Shown here piece by piece: positions 9,366 to 17,557 of a stretch of 64,000 nt of DNA. The notes beneath the pieces are model-generated. The model saw only the letters and a program-made list of their open reading frames with translations, did no database searches and was not told where the DNA came from. The position numbers and the translations under genes are program-made. The DNA is from Candidatus Hydrothermarchaeum profundi (lineage in GTDB: Archaea; Hydrothermarchaeota; Hydrothermarchaeia; Hydrothermarchaeales; Hydrothermarchaeaceae), in NCBI GenBank assembly GCA_002011125.2, contig MTMF02000009.1:1352989-1416988 (forward strand), in the 5' to 3' direction. Position 1 is the stretch's first letter. Each line of letters starts with the position of its first letter.

Positions 9366-9557
9366 CTACCTATATCTTAATTGTAGTGCGATTGATGTTA
9401 AGAATTTAAATACTCCTGCGATTATGACCACTATTCCTGTAATATATGAGGCCCTTGCAGCTATACTATTGCCAGTTCCAATAAAATTCATTGTAATCCC
9501 TAGAACAACCAGTGAGACACCGAGGATAATCTCTACCAAGCCAAGCCTTCTAAGCAT
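9366..9557 (-). CDS. Small two-TM membrane protein
   Basis: 63 aa with two hydrophobic helices; fills the gap between tRNA-Val and the third CBS gene. Confidence 0.6.
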   Translation of the reverse strand: MLRRLGLVEIILGVSLVVLGITMNFIGTGNSIAARASYITGIVVIIAGVFKFLTSIALQLRYR

Positions 9558-9624
9558 TAAAAAAATATATACCTCTAAATTTAAAAAACTTGTGTGTTTA
9601 ATTATTAAGCGGGTGATATTATCT

Positions 9625-10017
9625 ATGAGTAAAAAAGTTAGAGATGTGATGACTTATGGTGTAATAGCTGTTAATTTTTCTACTCCTGTAACTCAGGTTA
9701 TAAAAAAACTAGTAAAGGAAAATATTTCTGGGCTAGTGGTAGTTGACAATGCGGGGGACATGATTGGGGTGATCTCAGCTCTCGATGTATTCAAGATAAT
9801 GAATGAGGGAGATAAAAGCTGGGAGTTTGTGGCTGAAGATATTATGACTCCTTTTACTATAAGCATCACCCCTGACGTAGATATTGAGGAAGCAGCTAGG
9901 ATGATGCTCCAACACGATATTCATAGGTTAATTGTAACAGAATCTCCCTCTAGAAAAAAGCCTATAGGAATTATTTCTTCAACCGATATACTCAGGGAAT
10001 TTGGGAGGATGGTATAG
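9625..10017 (+). CDS. Stand-alone CBS-pair protein (third copy, diverged)
   Basis: MSKKVRDVMT...GVISALD...AEDIMT...IHRLIV...GIISSTD. Start moved to ATG 9625 after SD GGTGA. Confidence 0.88.
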   Translation: MSKKVRDVMTYGVIAVNFSTPVTQVIKKLVKENISGLVVVDNAGDMIGVISALDVFKIMNEGDKSWEFVAEDIMTPFTISITPDVDIEEAARMMLQHDIHRLIVTESPSRKKPIGIISSTDILREFGRMV

Positions 10018-10046
10018 TTTTCACGAGCGAGATTTATTCGGATTGG

Positions 10047-10508
10047 ATGAAGAATGCTCAAGAAACAAAAATAAAGGACATACTCAAAAAAGTGAAACCG
10101 GAGGGTAGGGTACTGGATATAGGCGCAGGACCGGGATTTTTAAGCCAGTTTGTCCCAGTATTATCAGTAGATATCGATCTTCCTAATCTAAAGAAGGCTA
10201 AAGGGGCTAGGATACTGGCTGATGGAAGAAATTTACCTTTTAAGGATGAATGCTTTTCAACCATATTTTGCATTGATACATTCCATCTTTTAGATAACTC
10301 TGATGAACTCATGAGGGTCTTAAAGCCTAACGGAAAGGCAGTAATTTCTGCATACTGTAATAAATATACTAGAATAGAAAAACTCAAGGCCTTGGAGTCT
10401 GTATTTAACAATTATAAGATCGTAAGTAAATTTATTGTGGGTAAAGAAGAACTGGATGCAGTAGTGGTAGTAGAAAAACATAAAAACGAGTTGAGGAAAG
10501 GGATATAA
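10047..10508 (+). CDS. Class I SAM-dependent methyltransferase
   Basis: VLDIGAGPG motif I, ADGRNLPF, RVLKPNG. Confidence 0.85.
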   Translation: MKNAQETKIKDILKKVKPEGRVLDIGAGPGFLSQFVPVLSVDIDLPNLKKAKGARILADGRNLPFKDECFSTIFCIDTFHLLDNSDELMRVLKPNGKAVISAYCNKYTRIEKLKALESVFNNYKIVSKFIVGKEELDAVVVVEKHKNELRKGI

Positions 10509-10512
10509 ATCT

Positions 10513-10586
10513 GCGGCCGTAGTCCAGCCTGGTTAAGACATCTGCCTGCCACGCAGACGACCCGGGTTCAAATCCCGGCGGCCGCA
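10513..10586 (+). tRNA. tRNA-Gly(GCC)
   Basis: GCGGCCG/CGGCCGC acceptor stem, TCTGC-CT-GCC-AC-GCAGA, GGTTCAAATCC. Confidence 0.96.
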
Positions 10587-10607
10587 TTCATCTTTTGAGG
10601 AAGGCTT

Positions 10608-11111
10608 ATGAAAAACTCCAAAGTAATATTAGTAGCACTTGTATTGGTTGCATTTACCTATGGGTTTATCTCTTCTCAGACCGAGAAGAAAGAGGTAAAT
10701 ACATCGTATGGGGAATTGATCCAAGAATTTGCGAAAGAAGGAATCATTGTTGAAGATTTTTATGTGACCACCGGAGAAGAGGTGAGGAAAGCTTTCAATT
10801 CAACAGTAGTCCCAGATGAGGCGCAGGTTATTTTCGTTATCTACCGTACTTCGTCGAATGAATCAGATGAAGAATACATGAAGGGTCATGTTAAAGTAAT
10901 ATATGGTATATTAGATGCGTATCCGGCTATTGATGGAGTATTAGTATGGGATGCCACTTATTCTAGCTTCACAGATATTGCAATGATAATATATGCAGAA
11001 AAGAATCTAGCTCTTAAAATAAGAAACACGACTAAAAGCTATGAAGAGCTTTTAAATAATTTTCAACTAATAGAGTTTAGTTCAAATAGATTTATAAATG
11101 AGGGTATGTAA
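10608..11111 (+). CDS. Hypothetical exported or membrane-anchored protein
   Basis: Basic plus hydrophobic N-terminus; SD GAGG; stop overlaps the rnp4 start (TAATG). Confidence 0.7.
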   Translation: MKNSKVILVALVLVAFTYGFISSQTEKKEVNTSYGELIQEFAKEGIIVEDFYVTTGEEVRKAFNSTVVPDEAQVIFVIYRTSSNESDEEYMKGHVKVIYGILDAYPAIDGVLVWDATYSSFTDIAMIIYAEKNLALKIRNTTKSYEELLNNFQLIEFSSNRFINEGM

Positions 11112-11437
11112 TGAGGCGTAAGACAACAAAGTCTATAGCCAGAGAGAGAATTGAGATACTAATGCAGAGAGCAGAGAAGATTTTTCATGAAGACAAGGAA
11201 AGAGCAGACCGCTATGCGCATTTGGCAAGGAAAATAGCGATGAGATGCACATTGCGATTTCCTAGAAAATGGAAACGTAGGATATGCAAAAATTGCAAAT
11301 CCTTCCTGGTGCCAGGAGCAAACTGCAGGGTAAGGCTTTATAGGAGCACAGTATTTATAACCTGTCTCGAATGCGGAAAATCTTATAAGTACCCCTATAA
11401 GAGAGAAAAGAAGATAAAAAGAAGATTAAAGGCTTAA
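11111..11437 (+). CDS. rnp4: RNase P protein component 4 (Rpp21)
   Basis: IARERIEIL, CKNC...LVPG.NCRVR...TCLECG zinc ribbon. Confidence 0.93.
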   Translation: MRRKTTKSIARERIEILMQRAEKIFHEDKERADRYAHLARKIAMRCTLRFPRKWKRRICKNCKSFLVPGANCRVRLYRSTVFITCLECGKSYKYPYKREKKIKRRLKA

Positions 11438-11482
11438 AATTATTTGCAATTGTCAAAAATATATGGAAAAGGAGGATTTAAT

Positions 11483-11920
11483 ATGACAAAGGTCTATGAT
11501 GTTCCAGCATCGATTCTCATAAATAGGGTTTCTGAAGAACTCAAAAAGATAGAGAACATTAAACAGCCGGATTGGGCAGCTTATGTTAAGACTGGAGCTG
11601 ATAGAGAGAAAGCACCTGAGAATGAGGACTGGTGGTATACTAGAAGTGCCTCGATACTAAGGAAGATATACATTTATGGTCCAGTGGGGATCCCTACTTT
11701 AAGAAGACTCTATGGCGGGAAGAAAAATATGGGGTATAAGCCGGAGAGAAAAAGAGGAGGAAGCGGGTCTGTGATAAGTGAGATCTTGAAGCAGCTTGAG
11801 GAAGCCGGTTTAGTTGAGAAGACTGATAAAGGTAGAGTACTTACTAATAAAGGGATATCTTTTATGGACCGTATTTCTCATCAGATAAAGAAAGAGATTC
11901 CAGAGCTCAGTAAATACTAA
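11483..11920 (+). CDS. rps19e: 30S ribosomal protein S19e
   Basis: MTKVYDVP, WAAYVKTG, WWYTRSASILRKIY; start at 11483 after GGAGG. Confidence 0.96.
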   Translation: MTKVYDVPASILINRVSEELKKIENIKQPDWAAYVKTGADREKAPENEDWWYTRSASILRKIYIYGPVGIPTLRRLYGGKKNMGYKPERKRGGSGSVISEILKQLEEAGLVEKTDKGRVLTNKGISFMDRISHQIKKEIPELSKY

Positions 11921-11936
11921 AGGTAAGGGGTTCTGT

Positions 11937-12263
11937 ATGGGTGAGGATATAGAAGAGCTAAAAAGGAAAAAACTGGAGGAGCTTCAACGTAGACTAGCTG
12001 AAGAAAGTGCTAGAGAGGAAGAGAGAAGGCAGATCGAGGTACAGAAGCGCTCCATATTGATGGCGATTCTCACTCCAGAGGCTCGCAGCAGGCTAGCTAA
12101 TATCAGGCTTGCTAAACCAGAGTTTGCAGCACAGATTGAGAGTCTCCTCATACAGCTTGCTCAGGCAGGGAGAATCCAGCAACAGATTACAGACGAGCAG
12201 CTAAAGAGCATCCTCGCTAGATTATCAGAAAAGAAAAAAGAATTTAGGATAAGGCGAATATGA
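11937..12263 (+). CDS. PDCD5-like DNA-binding protein
   Basis: ILTPEARSRLANIRLAKPEFA...LIQLAQAGRI; conserved position after rps19e. Confidence 0.92.
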   Translation: MGEDIEELKRKKLEELQRRLAEESAREEERRQIEVQKRSILMAILTPEARSRLANIRLAKPEFAAQIESLLIQLAQAGRIQQQITDEQLKSILARLSEKKKEFRIRRI

Positions 12264-12264
12264 A

Positions 12265-12843
12265 ATGGAGGTCACTGTGCTTTATAGTGGGGGAAAGGAT
12301 AGTTCTTTGGCCGCATATATTTTAAATAAGCTGGGATATGAGATCCGCTTATTAAATGCTAACTTCGGTATCCTTGATTCGTGGAGGCATGCAGAAGAAG
12401 CTGCATATGCAATTGGATTCGATTTCGAGGTTAAAAAATTTGAAAGAAAAATCGTGATGGAAGCATTAGAGATGATCTTACAGGATGGGTATCCAAGAAG
12501 AGGGATAAATTATATCCACAGGAGAGTGCTAGAAGAGGTTGCAAAGGAATATGATATAATAGCTGACGGGACAAGAAGAGACGATAAAGCACCCTGTCTT
12601 GATTTAAGCGAGATTAGGAGCATTGAAGATAGATATGATATCGAATATATTGCTCCCCTCCGCGGAATAGGATATAAAACCCTCAATTCATTAGCTAGGA
12701 TGTGTTATGAATTTGAAGAAGGAAACGCTCTGTTAAAAGGCGATTATGAGAGCGAGATTAGATATTTACTTAAAAGCGAGGGAAAAAAAGAAGAAGACTA
12801 TTTCCCAAAACATATTCAAACTAAAGTAATACGGAGGATATGA
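12265..12843 (+). CDS. PP-loop (adenine nucleotide alpha-hydrolase) family protein
   Basis: LYSGGKDSSL, IADGTRRDD, DYESEIR; conserved position before rpl39e. Confidence 0.85.
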   Translation: MEVTVLYSGGKDSSLAAYILNKLGYEIRLLNANFGILDSWRHAEEAAYAIGFDFEVKKFERKIVMEALEMILQDGYPRRGINYIHRRVLEEVAKEYDIIADGTRRDDKAPCLDLSEIRSIEDRYDIEYIAPLRGIGYKTLNSLARMCYEFEEGNALLKGDYESEIRYLLKSEGKKEEDYFPKHIQTKVIRRI

Positions 12844-12846
12844 AAA

Positions 12847-12999
12847 GTGTCTAAAGTAGAGTTACCTCGGAAGATCAGAATGGCGAAAGCAATAAGGCAA
12901 AATAGACCAGTTCCGATTTGGGTTATTGCAAAAACCCTTAGAAATGTAAGAACTCATCCCAAGAGGAGATACTGGCGTAGAAGTAAACTTAAAGTATGA
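12847..12999 (+). CDS. rpl39e: 50S ribosomal protein L39e
   Basis: Below the ORF-track cutoff. Manual translation from GTG: [50 protein letters not shown]. Confidence 0.93.
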   Translation: MSKVELPRKIRMAKAIRQNRPVPIWVIAKTLRNVRTHPKRRYWRRSKLKV

Positions 13000-13012
13000 G
13001 GGTGCTGGAAAA

Positions 13013-13258
13013 ATGGAGAGGACATATATTATTCCCTTAAGGAACCCGAAAAGAGCTCCGCAGAAAAAGAGAGCTAAACTTGCAGTTAGGGAGGTTAGAG
13101 ATTTTATAGCTAAGCATATGAAAAGCGAGGAAGTGAAGATAGATAAGGCCCTCAATGAGCGCATATGGGCGCATGGTATGAAAAACATTCCATCCAAAAT
13201 AAAGGTCAAAGCAACTTCAAGGGATGATGGAAGCGTTCTAGTAACCTTGGCAGAGTGA
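13013..13258 (+). CDS. rpl31e: 50S ribosomal protein L31e
   Basis: [31 protein letters not shown]. Confidence 0.95.
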   Translation: MERTYIIPLRNPKRAPQKKRAKLAVREVRDFIAKHMKSEEVKIDKALNERIWAHGMKNIPSKIKVKATSRDDGSVLVTLAE

Positions 13259-13262
13259 TAAT

Positions 13263-13925
13263 GTGACTCAGCTGATCTCATATAAGAGAAACCCTAATAT
13301 TGGGGTTATCGGTAGAGCAAATGATCAGCTGGCGGTATTACCTACGGAGTGTCCTAAGAGTTTTGAGGAAGCAGTGATAGAGACTCTAGATGTTAATGTC
13401 ATAAAGACAAACATAGCTGGTACAAGTCTTATTGGAACCATGATGGCTATGAATAACAATGGGATAATCTTGCCCTCACAAGTGTACGGCGAGGAAGTAA
13501 GTAAGTTGAAGAAACACGATATTAGTATTGGAATAATAAAAGACAAGTATACTGCATTAGGCAATCTTGTTCTTTTAAACGATAAAGGCGCAATAGTTGC
13601 TGAGGGATTCACCAAACGAGCTATAAAAACTATGGAAGATGTTTTAGGATGTGAAGTTGTTAAGGGTACAATAGCGGGCTACCGTATTGTTGGTAGTGCG
13701 GGTGTAGCTACAAATAAGGGGGGGTTAATTCATCCCCTGGCTAATGATGAGGAATTAGAGTGGATCGAGGGTATACTTAAGGTGGAAGTTGATGTTGGCA
13801 CAATAAATAGAGGCTCAGGATTCGTTAGAGCTGGGCTGATAGCGAACTCTAAAGATGTTATGATAGGTAATCTAACTACAGGACCAGAGATTACAAGGAT
13901 AGAAGAAGCATTAGGGTTGCTGTGA
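13263..13925 (+). CDS. eif6: Translation initiation factor 6 (aIF6)
   Basis: NPNIGV, NNNGIILP, ALGNLVLLNDKGA, GTINRGS, TTGPE. Confidence 0.95.
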   Translation: MTQLISYKRNPNIGVIGRANDQLAVLPTECPKSFEEAVIETLDVNVIKTNIAGTSLIGTMMAMNNNGIILPSQVYGEEVSKLKKHDISIGIIKDKYTALGNLVLLNDKGAIVAEGFTKRAIKTMEDVLGCEVVKGTIAGYRIVGSAGVATNKGGLIHPLANDEELEWIEGILKVEVDVGTINRGSGFVRAGLIANSKDVMIGNLTTGPEITRIEEALGLL

Positions 13926-13935
13926 GGTGGTTTGA

Positions 13936-14121
13936 ATGGTTAAGGTTTATGAGATAAGAGGTAAATTTTTGATGGGTGAAAAATTTCAACCATTTGTTAA
14001 AGAATATCGAGCGTTGAACGAGAAGCAAGCATTAGAGTACGTTTATTCTAACCTTGGCAGTAAACATAAAACCCCTAGGAATAAGATAAAGATCCTTGAG
14101 ATTAAAGAAAAGGGGGAGTAA
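13936..14121 (+). CDS. rpl18a: 50S ribosomal protein L18Ae/LX
   Basis: F.KE.RA..EK.A.E.VYS.LGSKHK..R..I; synteny. Confidence 0.92.
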   Translation: MVKVYEIRGKFLMGEKFQPFVKEYRALNEKQALEYVYSNLGSKHKTPRNKIKILEIKEKGE

Positions 14122-14125
14122 AAAA

Positions 14126-14542
14126 ATGGAGGAAACTGAAAGAATCTTAGAAGAATATGAACTCTATAGAGCCCAGGCGGAGGTCTATCGTCAGAACCTA
14201 GATCTGTTAAATGCGAATATTCTCGATCTCATGGTTGTAAAAGAAAGTCTAGATCAGATAAAGGAGATAGGTACTGATAACGAAGTGTTGGTGCCAATAG
14301 GAGGAGGCACATTAGTTAAAGCGAAGATAATAGACACGGAAAAGGTGATCGTTGGATTAGGCGCTGATGTATCAGTAAAGAAGACTATATCAGATGCAAA
14401 GGGATATTTAGAGAACAGAATTAGCTGGATGGAAAAAACACGAAATGAAACCACGGAAAGGCTCCAATATATTTTATCAAAGCTTGAAGAAATCACCCCT
14501 AAAGTACAGCAGATCTTGGCTCAAGCTCAAGAAAGAGGCTGA
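14126..14542 (+). CDS. pfdA: Prefoldin alpha subunit
   Basis: EVLVPIGGG...KVIVGLGADV between coiled coils; start at ATG 14126. Confidence 0.92.
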   Translation: MEETERILEEYELYRAQAEVYRQNLDLLNANILDLMVVKESLDQIKEIGTDNEVLVPIGGGTLVKAKIIDTEKVIVGLGADVSVKKTISDAKGYLENRISWMEKTRNETTERLQYILSKLEEITPKVQQILAQAQERG

Positions 14543-14546
14543 TTAG

Positions 14547-15443
14547 TTGTTTGGCTCTATTAAAGAGAAATTTTCTGATTTTACAAGGGCCTTACAAGGC
14601 GATGTTCTGCTTAGTGAAAAGAAGCTGGACGAGGTCCTTCAATCACTAGAAATAGCCCTGCTTGAAAGCGATGTCGCTTTTGATGTAGTGGAAAAGATCG
14701 TCTCTAAACTTAAAGCTGACCTTCAAGGGATGAAGGTAAAAAGAAGGGATATTTCACAGGTTGTAAGAGACTCCTTAAAAAGATCCCTCGTGGAAATTTT
14801 TGTAAAAAGCCAGAAGACACTGCCCGAGTTGGTTAAAGAAAAAAAATCTAGGCCGTATGTAATAGCATTTGTAGGCGTCAATGGTTCTGGAAAAACCACT
14901 ACTATCGCAAAAATAGCTAGGCTTATGATGAAAAGAGGATTCAGCTGTGTTTTTGCTGCGAGTGACACTTTTAGAGCTGGAGCTATCGAGCAACTTCAAA
15001 AGCATGCAGATAGATTAGGAGTAAAAATGATTAAACATTCAAAGGGAGCGGATCCTGCGGCTGTAGCCTTTGATGCGATTTCGCATGCTAGGGCTCACAA
15101 TAAGGATGTAGTGCTGATAGATACCGCAGGCAGAATGGAAACGAATGTTAATTTGATGGATGAGATGAAGAAGATCATTAGAGTCGCAAAACCCGATATA
15201 ACTCTATTTGTTGGTGATGCTCTTACGGGGAATGCAGCGGTAGATCAGGCTGAGATATTCAATAAGGCAATTAATATTGATGGAGTTATATTAACAAAGG
15301 CTGACGCAGATGCTAAGGGAGGCTCCGCCATCTCTATAGCATATGTAGTAAAGAAACCTATATTCTATTTAGGAACTGGCCAGGGATATGATGACTTAGT
15401 AGAGTTTAACCCTGAGTGGTTTATAAATGAGATATTATCATGA
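14547..15443 (+). CDS. ftsY: SRP receptor FtsY (short, no acidic N-domain)
   Basis: LLESDVA, GVNGSGKTTT, DTFRAGA, DTAGR, TKAD...KGG. Confidence 0.96.
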   Translation: MFGSIKEKFSDFTRALQGDVLLSEKKLDEVLQSLEIALLESDVAFDVVEKIVSKLKADLQGMKVKRRDISQVVRDSLKRSLVEIFVKSQKTLPELVKEKKSRPYVIAFVGVNGSGKTTTIAKIARLMMKRGFSCVFAASDTFRAGAIEQLQKHADRLGVKMIKHSKGADPAAVAFDAISHARAHNKDVVLIDTAGRMETNVNLMDEMKKIIRVAKPDITLFVGDALTGNAAVDQAEIFNKAINIDGVILTKADADAKGGSAISIAYVVKKPIFYLGTGQGYDDLVEFNPEWFINEILS

Positions 15444-15593
15444 CCAAGTTTTATTTTGAATTATTCCTAAACGTATTAATCTTTCTACAATTTCGTTAAT
15501 AATCTCGGGGTCTATTCCCAATTTTCCCGCTATTTCATAGGAATTATAGTTCCCCTTATTATACAGTTCCACAATTATTCCTTCTAATATCAT
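15438..15593 (-). CDS. Small winged-helix-like protein (51 aa)
   Basis: Manual translation: MILEGIIVELYNKGNYNSYEIAGKLGIDPEIINEIVERLIRLGII. HTH pattern EIAxKLGI...V.RL..LG; minus-strand TTTATATA about 25 nt upstream. Confidence 0.6.
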   Translation of the reverse strand: MILEGIIVELYNKGNYNSYEIAGKLGIDPEIINEIVERLIRLGIIQNKTWS

Positions 15594-15701
15594 CACTTTA
15601 TATTTTTATTCGAGGATATATAAACCTTTATTGTCAACATACTTGTTCATGAAAGATACATCTATGATAATATTTTAAAGAGGAAAGAGTGATTAATTAA
15701 C

Positions 15702-16403
15702 ATGCGATACCTCCTCCTATTAATAATATTATTAGCAGGATGTGTTGGTAAGTCTGGAGAAATAAAAGATCAACAAGTAGATATAACCTTAACTACATCT
15801 GATGGCATAAAAATTGCCGGGACGTTTTATAGTTCTCAGAATGAGAACCCTAAGGGAGTAATTCTATTGCATATGCTTGGGAGAAACAGAGGTGACTGGA
15901 ACAACTTTGCAAGGGTTCTTCAGGATCATGGATATTCGGTTATTGCGATCGATTTACGGGGGCATGGTGAAAGCGAACTTGACTGGAAAAATTTTAATTC
16001 AGAAGATTTCAATGCAATGATTAAGGATGTTGAAGTAGCAGTTGAGTACTTATTTAATAGCGGAGCATCTGAGATAGATATAATAGGGGCGAGTATAGGA
16101 GCTAATGTGGCCTTAAACTACGCAGTGCTTGATAAGAGAGTTAAAAAGCTTGTTTTACTCTCTCCAGGCCTTGATTATAGAGGGGTTAATACTGAGATCG
16201 CTATAGGAGAATATGGTGAAAGGCCGATTTTAATAGTAGCGAGCGAAGAGGACGAATACTCTGCTCAGTCGGCCAGAGTTCTTTTCAATAGAGCTTTAGG
16301 TAATAAGCAGATAAAGATTTTCAAAGGTGCGGGCCATGGTACAAAAATGTTTTCTAATAAAGATCTAGAGCCTTTATTATTAGAATGGTTGGAGGCAGAA
16401 TAA
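15702..16403 (+). CDS. Alpha/beta hydrolase lipoprotein
   Basis: LAGC lipobox, DLRGHGES, GASIG nucleophile elbow, late GHG. Confidence 0.88.
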   Translation: MRYLLLLIILLAGCVGKSGEIKDQQVDITLTTSDGIKIAGTFYSSQNENPKGVILLHMLGRNRGDWNNFARVLQDHGYSVIAIDLRGHGESELDWKNFNSEDFNAMIKDVEVAVEYLFNSGASEIDIIGASIGANVALNYAVLDKRVKKLVLLSPGLDYRGVNTEIAIGEYGERPILIVASEEDEYSAQSARVLFNRALGNKQIKIFKGAGHGTKMFSNKDLEPLLLEWLEAE

Positions 16404-16747
16404 TGAGACAGATTATGGTGTCAGAAAGTACTTTCAGGAAGTTAATTGAATTAAAAAATCATTGGTCTTTTCAGCAGGGCAGAGTTACAAATCCCGAGGT
16501 ATTGAGGATTCTTAATAAAGTGAAGAAGGAAATCTTCGGTTATACAGATTCAACTCCTCCTAGGGAGATTGAAGAGATATGTAAAAAGAAAAGTAGAGAA
16601 CAATTGGAAATGGAAAGGGAGAGATTTACAGAAGCTTATCAAAAGCTCTTAGTCTCTGGATATGACTTTGAGCCTGAATATACCTTGGATGAGCATATTA
16701 GAAGGATGCTGGAGTTAATAGATGAGGAGAAAGAAATTTATCTATAG
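16403..16747 (+). CDS. Hypothetical protein, possible split ribbon-helix-helix
   Basis: ATG at 16403 overlaps the upstream TAA, with SD GGAGG. N-terminus MRQIMVSESTFRKLIELK and C-terminal TLDEHIRRML resemble the two halves of an RHH fold. Confidence 0.6.
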   Translation: MRQIMVSESTFRKLIELKNHWSFQQGRVTNPEVLRILNKVKKEIFGYTDSTPPREIEEICKKKSREQLEMERERFTEAYQKLLVSGYDFEPEYTLDEHIRRMLELIDEEKEIYL

Positions 16748-17038
16748 TTTTTTTATCATCTTTCTATAAGCTTATTGTAGCGTCTAGATGTAAGTAAAAC
16801 GATTAACCGGAATGCGAAAAAGAATTCATAAGCTAGGTGAAGAAAATTGTTGAAAAAATGGCAGATTATTTTACTAGATCGCTTTCCGATTGATTTTATT
16901 AATGATTTCTGAAGTATTACTAGGCGTAAATAATTTTCTTAGCATAAGAATAACTATAACTGGCCCTCAATATAGAGCCGGATATTTAAATTTTTCACCG
17001 GTGACTTTAAATATTAGGAGATGAAATCAAAACTTCAA

Positions 17039-17100
17039 AGAAGTTGGAAAACCAGAAGATTAGGCCTGGAGTCTAATTTTTCCTAGTTTTTTCGGCTTCT
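17039..17100 (+). promoter_or_regulatory. Long G-U-rich stem-loop in a putative 5' UTR
   Basis: agaagttggaaaa...agattaggc-CTGGA-gtctaattt...tttttcggcttct pairs over about 26 bp with several G-U pairs. It lies between TATA TTTAAATA (17006-17013) and SD AAGGTG (17104). Confidence 0.55.
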
Positions 17101-17117
17101 AAAAAGGTGTGTATAAA

Positions 17118-17387
17118 ATGGAAGATACGACGTTAGTATGTGTGGAATGTGGAGAAGAGTTTACCTTCTCTGCCGACGAGCAAGAATTTTACATGAGTAA
17201 GGGGTTCATGACCCCGAAAAGGTGTAAGCCCTGTAGAAATAAGATGAAATCTCGTAGAAGAGGTTATGGAGAAAGGAGAATGTATTCGGCGGTATGCGCT
17301 GACTGCGGTATGGAAACGCAGGTTCCTTTTAAGCCTAGAGATGACCGTCCGGTATACTGCAGGGATTGTTACCAGAAAAGAAGGTAG
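17118..17387 (+). CDS. Zinc-ribbon (zf-trcl-like) plus CxxC-x17-CxxC domain protein
   Basis: CVECGEEFTFSADEQEFY..KGF..PKRCKPCR and CADCG...VPFKP...RPVYCRDC. Confidence 0.9.
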   Translation: MEDTTLVCVECGEEFTFSADEQEFYMSKGFMTPKRCKPCRNKMKSRRRGYGERRMYSAVCADCGMETQVPFKPRDDRPVYCRDCYQKRR

Positions 17388-17470
17388 ATTAGCTATTTTG
17401 TAAACCGCTAGATTGTCAATTTAAAGTTGAGAGCATTAGCAAGAGAAAGCTCTACTAAAGAAATTTGACT

Positions 17471-17497
17471 AAGCTAGATTTATAATTAGCTTTTTTT
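17471..17497 (+). terminator. Hairpin plus T7 tract downstream of the zinc-ribbon gene
   Basis: aagctagat-ttata-attagcttttttt. Confidence 0.4.
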
Positions 17498-17557
17498 ATA
17501 TATTTATATTGAAAACCTTTTTAATTAGATTGTTTCTGTAATAGTACTGGAGAGCGT

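Noticed and set aside
12862-13281. 139-aa minus-strand ORF
   Set aside because: Antisense to rpl39e and rpl31e.
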